Shown: positions 60,042-64,000 of the stretch, piece by piece
Numbering within the stretch: position 1 is the first letter of the stretch
Layout of the letters: each line of letters opens with the position of its first letter
Origin: Vulcanimicrobiota bacterium
GTDB lineage: Bacteria > Vulcanimicrobiota > Vulcanimicrobiia > Vulcanimicrobiales > Vulcanimicrobiaceae
Length of the DNA: 64,000 nt
Direction of reading: 5' to 3'
NCBI GenBank assembly: GCA_963812155.1
Contig: CAWETW010000001.1
Coordinates: 416,001-480,000, forward strand
Translations under genes and position numbers: made by a program
Notes under the pieces: model-generated
Seen by the model: only the letters and a program-made list of their open reading frames with translations
Told to the model about the DNA's origin: nothing
The model's database searches: none

Positions 60042-63000
60042 ATGATTGGAGCTCGTCCGTTACGCCGCTGGTTCGCCGTTGCAACCATCGCATCGCTCGC
60101 CGTCATTGCCCGGCCCACGCTGGCCGGAACGACCGGCAGCCTCGCGGGCACGGTGGTTGAAACCCCAAGCGGGACGCCCATTGCGAACGCGACCGTGACC
60201 GCCAGCAGCCCGTCGCAGGTTGCCTCGACGCACACCGACGCTCGCGGCGCATTCGTATTGCTCTCGCTCGCGCCCGACACGTACACGATCTCGATCGTGC
60301 GCACGGGTTACGAACCGTTGGCGTCGAGCGGCGTGACCATCTTCGCCGACCAATCGCAGAACTTGACGTTCCGGCTGCAAAAGAGCCTCAAAACGATCGC
60401 GCAAGTGCAATCGCGCTCTTCCCTCAACGAAGTTCGGCCCGGCACGATGACCGACGTTTACTCGGTCAATCCCGCCGTGACGAAGGCCGCGGCGCCGATC
60501 GGCGGAGGGGGCGGCTTGAACAACGTCTATTCCGCAATCGCCGCGATGCCGGGCGCCTACGTTCCCAACGGGCAGATGGGCGTCAATCAAACCGTCTACA
60601 TCCGCGGTGGGTACTACGATCAAATCGGCTACGAGTACGACGGCGTGCCGGTGAACCGCTCGTTCGACAACTATCCGGCGCACTCGGCGTCGACGCTCGG
60701 TCAGCAGGAGCTGCAAATTTACGCCGGCGGCGGCGGCGCGAACGCCAACGCGACCGGCCTCGCCGGCTTCATCAATCAAGTCGTCAAGACCGGCACGTAT
60801 CCCGGATACGCAAGCCTCTCCGGCATGATCGGCACGCCGACGTTCTATCACGACGTTTCCGTCGAGGCCGGCGGTGCCACACCCGACCGGCTGTTCTCCT
60901 ACTACGTCGGCACCAGCGGCTACAATCAGGACTTCCGCTACCTCGATCAATCCAACGGCGGCGATCTCATGAACGTCTTTCCGTACGGCGCCGGGCCGAG
61001 CAACCTGACGACGCTTCTCTCCTTCTATCCGGCCGTCTATCCCACGTGCACCGCCGGTGCGACGTACACAAATCCGGCGACGAAGTTTCTCAGCAACGAT
61101 CCCGGCTGTTTCTCGGCGTTCTTTCCGGCCTACAGCGAAGTTTCGTATATCGCCGGCCGCGAGGTCGTAGCCAACTTCCATTTCGGCGTGCCGCACAAGA
61201 GCGACGGCGGCAAGGATGACGTCCAGCTGCTCTACACGTCGTCGGCGCAGTACCGCCAGTTTTACAGCGGCGTCGACGACGGCGGTCAAGGGTTTACGCA
61301 AAGCCTCTACACGCAAGACTGGGTCAGCAAGCCCGCGCGCTGGCCCGATTTCTACACCTTCCCCGGCAACACGCAGTTCTTGCAAACGGCAAAAACCTCT
61401 CCGATCGCGTATCTCTTTCCCGGATCGCCAACCGATCGCTGTGCCAACGTTTTCGGCGTACCCAACTCTTGCCCCAGCGGCACGTTCGCCGACCTTCCAA
61501 ACGACTATCGCGACGCCCGCTGGGATACGGCCAGCATCGTGAAGCTGCAGTACCAGAAGAACTTCGGCAGCAACGCGTATCTGCGGCTCTTCGGGTACAC
61601 CTTCTACTCGAACACCAACCGCAGCGGCGCCGCGCGGCGCGGCATCGGCAGCGGCTACGGCGCGACCAACTACGACTACGAAGTCGACGGTCACACCCGC
61701 GGCCTGCAAATGGATTTCGGCGATCAAATCAACGCGCAAAACTTGCTCAGCGCGAACGTCAACTACATCACTTCGACGACGCTGCGCGTCAACAACTTCA
61801 ACTATTTGAACACGTCGGGCCAGCAGGTGAGCAATCTCACCAACGGGAGCGACTGCTACGCGTATCGCGGCGGAAACATCGGTAACGAATCGTTCCACGC
61901 CGGCGACCGCGCGCCGTGCAATCTCTTCATCAGCCAGGGTTCGTTCGGGAGTCCGTTCAGCCCGCGCTTCTTTGGTCCCAATCCGTGCGGGACCGGCGCG
62001 TTGCCGGCAGGTTCCGCGGCGTGCCAGGCCGGCGCCACGTTCCGGCTGACGTTCTTGGGCAATCAAGCGCTGATCAACGGCGTGACCCCGGCCTTCACCA
62101 ACATCTCGCTGGGCGACGAATGGCGCCCCAACGACAAGATCGACGTGAGCATCGCCGTGAAATATGCCGACGACCAATTCCAACTCGATGACACCAACAC
62201 GGCCGCTAAGAACTTCTGGTTTGCCGCCGCGCAGCAAGAGTTCTGTTACAATCCGGTGACGTTCGAGCCGGTGCTGCTGCCGACGCGGCCGCAGAACGCC
62301 TCGGTGATCGAACCCTACGTCAGCTTCAACTGCCCGATCGATAACTCGAGCGGCAAGCCGGTGCAGACCGTGCATCCCGACGGCAAAAACGGCCATCTGC
62401 TGCTCTCCAACAACTATCCCTCGAAGTACACGCAGACGTACTGGCAGCCGCGCCTCGGATTCACCTACACGGTGAACCCCGACACCGTGCTGCGAGCGTC
62501 GGCCGGCGTCTACGCGCAAGAACCTCAGAACTACGAGATTCAGTACAACACGGCGGAACCGAATCTCGCCGAACAGATTCTGGGCTTCCTGCCCTTCGGG
62601 TTCACGACGCCGTTCCACAACTCGCAGGCGCAGTTCTCCGACAACTACGACGTGTCGTACGAGCGCCATTTTAAAGGCACCGACATGTCTATGAAGGTGA
62701 CGCCCTACTATCGCTATGCGACCCAGCAGCTCGACGAGGCCGTCTTCATTCCTACGCTGCTCGCATCGCCCGCACTCAACGCCGGCACGGAGTCGAGTTA
62801 CGGCGTCGAACTGCAGTTCACCAAGGGCGACTTCAACCGCAACGGCCTTTCCGGCATCTTCTCCTACACGTATCTCAACTCGACGGAGAAGTGGAACAAC
62901 TTTCAGGGCGTCGGCGTCAACGCGGTGAGTCCGTACAATCAGTATATCCAAGAGTACAACGCATTGACCAAGGCGGGTGGCGGCGCGCCCTGTTACTCCG

Positions 63001-63752
63001 ACCGGGCCAACACGCGTCCGCGTCCTGGCTGCGGCAAGAATGCGATCCTCAATCCGTATTACAACGCACCGCTGCAGCCGCTGCTCGACCCGAACGCGTG
63101 GTACGTGACGGGCCTCGATTTTCCGTACACGTCGCCCAACGTGTTCGCGCTGGTGCTCAACTACAAACACGACCGGTTTTCGATTACGCCGGCGCTGACG
63201 CTCAATGAGGGCGCCGCGTACGGGAACCCCTCCGACTTCCAAGGCCTCGACCCGCGCGTCTGCACGGCCAATCAGGGAAGCGTCGGTATCGCCAACTCGA
63301 ACCCGCACACGGCCGACTACACCTCGTGCACGCTGGCGGCAACGCCTAGCGGTTCGCTCTACATTCCCAATCCCGAGACGGGGAAGTTCGATACGTTCGG
63401 CCAGTTCACGCAGCCGTGGCAGTTCAACATGGGCTTGCAGATGCACTACGACATCAGCCCGCAGGTGTCGGCGAACCTCACGGTCGCAAATCTCGTCAAC
63501 GCGTGCTTCGGCGGTTCGAACACGGCGTGGAGCCGGCAGTTCCCGCCCAGCAACACGGTCTGCGGCTACTCGCCGAACCTCTTCTACATCAGCAACTTCT
63601 ACAACGGGACGGGTCCGAATGACGTCAAGGCGAACGGCGTACCGCTCAATCCGTTCTTCCAAAACGGTTTTAGCCCGTCGTACGGCGACGTGAACTCGTT
63701 CAACTATCCGCTGCCGATCAATTTCTACATTCAACTGCAGGTCAAGCTGTGA
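60042..63752 (+). CDS. TonB-dependent receptor with carboxypeptidase-regulatory-like N-domain, Cys-rich
   Basis: Signal peptide, GTTGSLAGTV, plug YIRGG..DQ.GYEYDGVP, barrel QPRLGFTY, C-terminal FYIQLQVKL. Confidence 0.9.
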   Translation: MIGARPLRRWFAVATIASLAVIARPTLAGTTGSLAGTVVETPSGTPIANATVTASSPSQVASTHTDARGAFVLLSLAPDTYTISIVRTGYEPLASSGVTIFADQSQNLTFRLQKSLKTIAQVQSRSSLNEVRPGTMTDVYSVNPAVTKAAAPIGGGGGLNNVYSAIAAMPGAYVPNGQMGVNQTVYIRGGYYDQIGYEYDGVPVNRSFDNYPAHSASTLGQQELQIYAGGGGANANATGLAGFINQVVKTGTYPGYASLSGMIGTPTFYHDVSVEAGGATPDRLFSYYVGTSGYNQDFRYLDQSNGGDLMNVFPYGAGPSNLTTLLSFYPAVYPTCTAGATYTNPATKFLSNDPGCFSAFFPAYSEVSYIAGREVVANFHFGVPHKSDGGKDDVQLLYTSSAQYRQFYSGVDDGGQGFTQSLYTQDWVSKPARWPDFYTFPGNTQFLQTAKTSPIAYLFPGSPTDRCANVFGVPNSCPSGTFADLPNDYRDARWDTASIVKLQYQKNFGSNAYLRLFGYTFYSNTNRSGAARRGIGSGYGATNYDYEVDGHTRGLQMDFGDQINAQNLLSANVNYITSTTLRVNNFNYLNTSGQQVSNLTNGSDCYAYRGGNIGNESFHAGDRAPCNLFISQGSFGSPFSPRFFGPNPCGTGALPAGSAACQAGATFRLTFLGNQALINGVTPAFTNISLGDEWRPNDKIDVSIAVKYADDQFQLDDTNTAAKNFWFAAAQQEFCYNPVTFEPVLLPTRPQNASVIEPYVSFNCPIDNSSGKPVQTVHPDGKNGHLLLSNNYPSKYTQTYWQPRLGFTYTVNPDTVLRASAGVYAQEPQNYEIQYNTAEPNLAEQILGFLPFGFTTPFHNSQAQFSDNYDVSYERHFKGTDMSMKVTPYYRYATQQLDEAVFIPTLLASPALNAGTESSYGVELQFTKGDFNRNGLSGIFSYTYLNSTEKWNNFQGVGVNAVSPYNQYIQEYNALTKAGGGAPCYSDRANTRPRPGCGKNAILNPYYNAPLQPLLDPNAWYVTGLDFPYTSPNVFALVLNYKHDRFSITPALTLNEGAAYGNPSDFQGLDPRVCTANQGSVGIANSNPHTADYTSCTLAATPSGSLYIPNPETGKFDTFGQFTQPWQFNMGLQMHYDISPQVSANLTVANLVNACFGGSNTAWSRQFPPSNTVCGYSPNLFYISNFYNGTGPNDVKANGVPLNPFFQNGFSPSYGDVNSFNYPLPINFYIQLQVKL

Positions 63753-64000
63753 TCGCGACGGCGCTCGCGCTCGCATGCACCATTACCGTCTTTCCGCCGT
63801 TTGGCACGTACGCGGCGAGCGGACGCCTTCACGGCCCCGGATTGATCCTGGCCGGCGGCGGCGAAGAGGAGGCACCGGCAGCAGCGTTCGCCTGGGTGCA
63901 TCGCCGCCTCGGCGGCGGCTCGCGGCCGTTCGGCAATCTCGTCGTGCTGCGCGCATCCGGATCCGATCTCTACGACAAGGGCATCTTGCGCGAAGGCAAC
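63749..64000 (+). CDS. Cyanophycinase-like peptidase S51, partial
   Basis: GTG overlaps receptor stop; GPGLILAGGG...AFAW...GNLVVLRASG; catalytic part lies outside window. Confidence 0.6.
   Translation, partial: MIATALALACTITVFPPFGTYAASGRLHGPGLILAGGGEEEAPAAAFAWVHRRLGGGSRPFGNLVVLRASGSDLYDKGILREGN

Noticed and set aside
60060..63776. 1238-aa antisense ORF (also 18006..19910, 51909..53288 and many Arg/Ala-rich ORFs)
   Set aside because: Shadows of real genes caused by high-GC codon bias; no recognisable motifs

Overview
High-GC bacterial chromosomal window with about 60 genes. The gene-family mix (many lipoprotein beta-propellers, AcpA/PlcH-type phosphoesterases, GloVer-type repeat proteins, a Cys-rich TonB-dependent receptor) suggests Candidatus Eremiobacterota/Vulcanimicrobiota; this is inference only. 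Left to right: partial penicillin acylase; aqpZ; a PHA cluster (phasin-like gene, circularly permuted D-amino-acid oxidase, XRE regulator, phaC, two phaB); phosphoesterases; multicopper oxidase between two propeller lipoproteins; pstSCAB; thrS; orphan fliJ-like gene; an overlapping operon of PD-(D/E)XK-like nuclease, divergent HPRT, GH125 and purA (apparent CTG start); an OmpR regulator with a kinase whose sensor is a degenerate GGDEF; ftsY-recA-recX behind a perfect GAAC-N4-GTTC SOS box; hppA; the rpmG/tRNA-Trp/secE/nusG/rplKA/rplJL block interrupted by a carbonic anhydrase; a tRNA-Arg(CCT) with a mismatched, chimeric-looking anticodon stem next to an integrase relic and decayed island; an M3 peptidase; SoxR with a textbook sox-box promoter driving SDR + QueA-like genes; and a LAL regulator, TonB receptor and cyanophycinase-like gene. 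Best candidate novel systems: (1) a PHA granule regulon run by an actinobacterial lipid-droplet-type regulator with a shared palindrome, (2) a SoxR-controlled SDR/QueA-like operon, (3) a nuclease + degenerate HPRT module, (4) a putative c-di-GMP-sensing histidine kinase. No CRISPR array or rRNA seen. All family assignments are from motif recognition by eye; no database searches were run.
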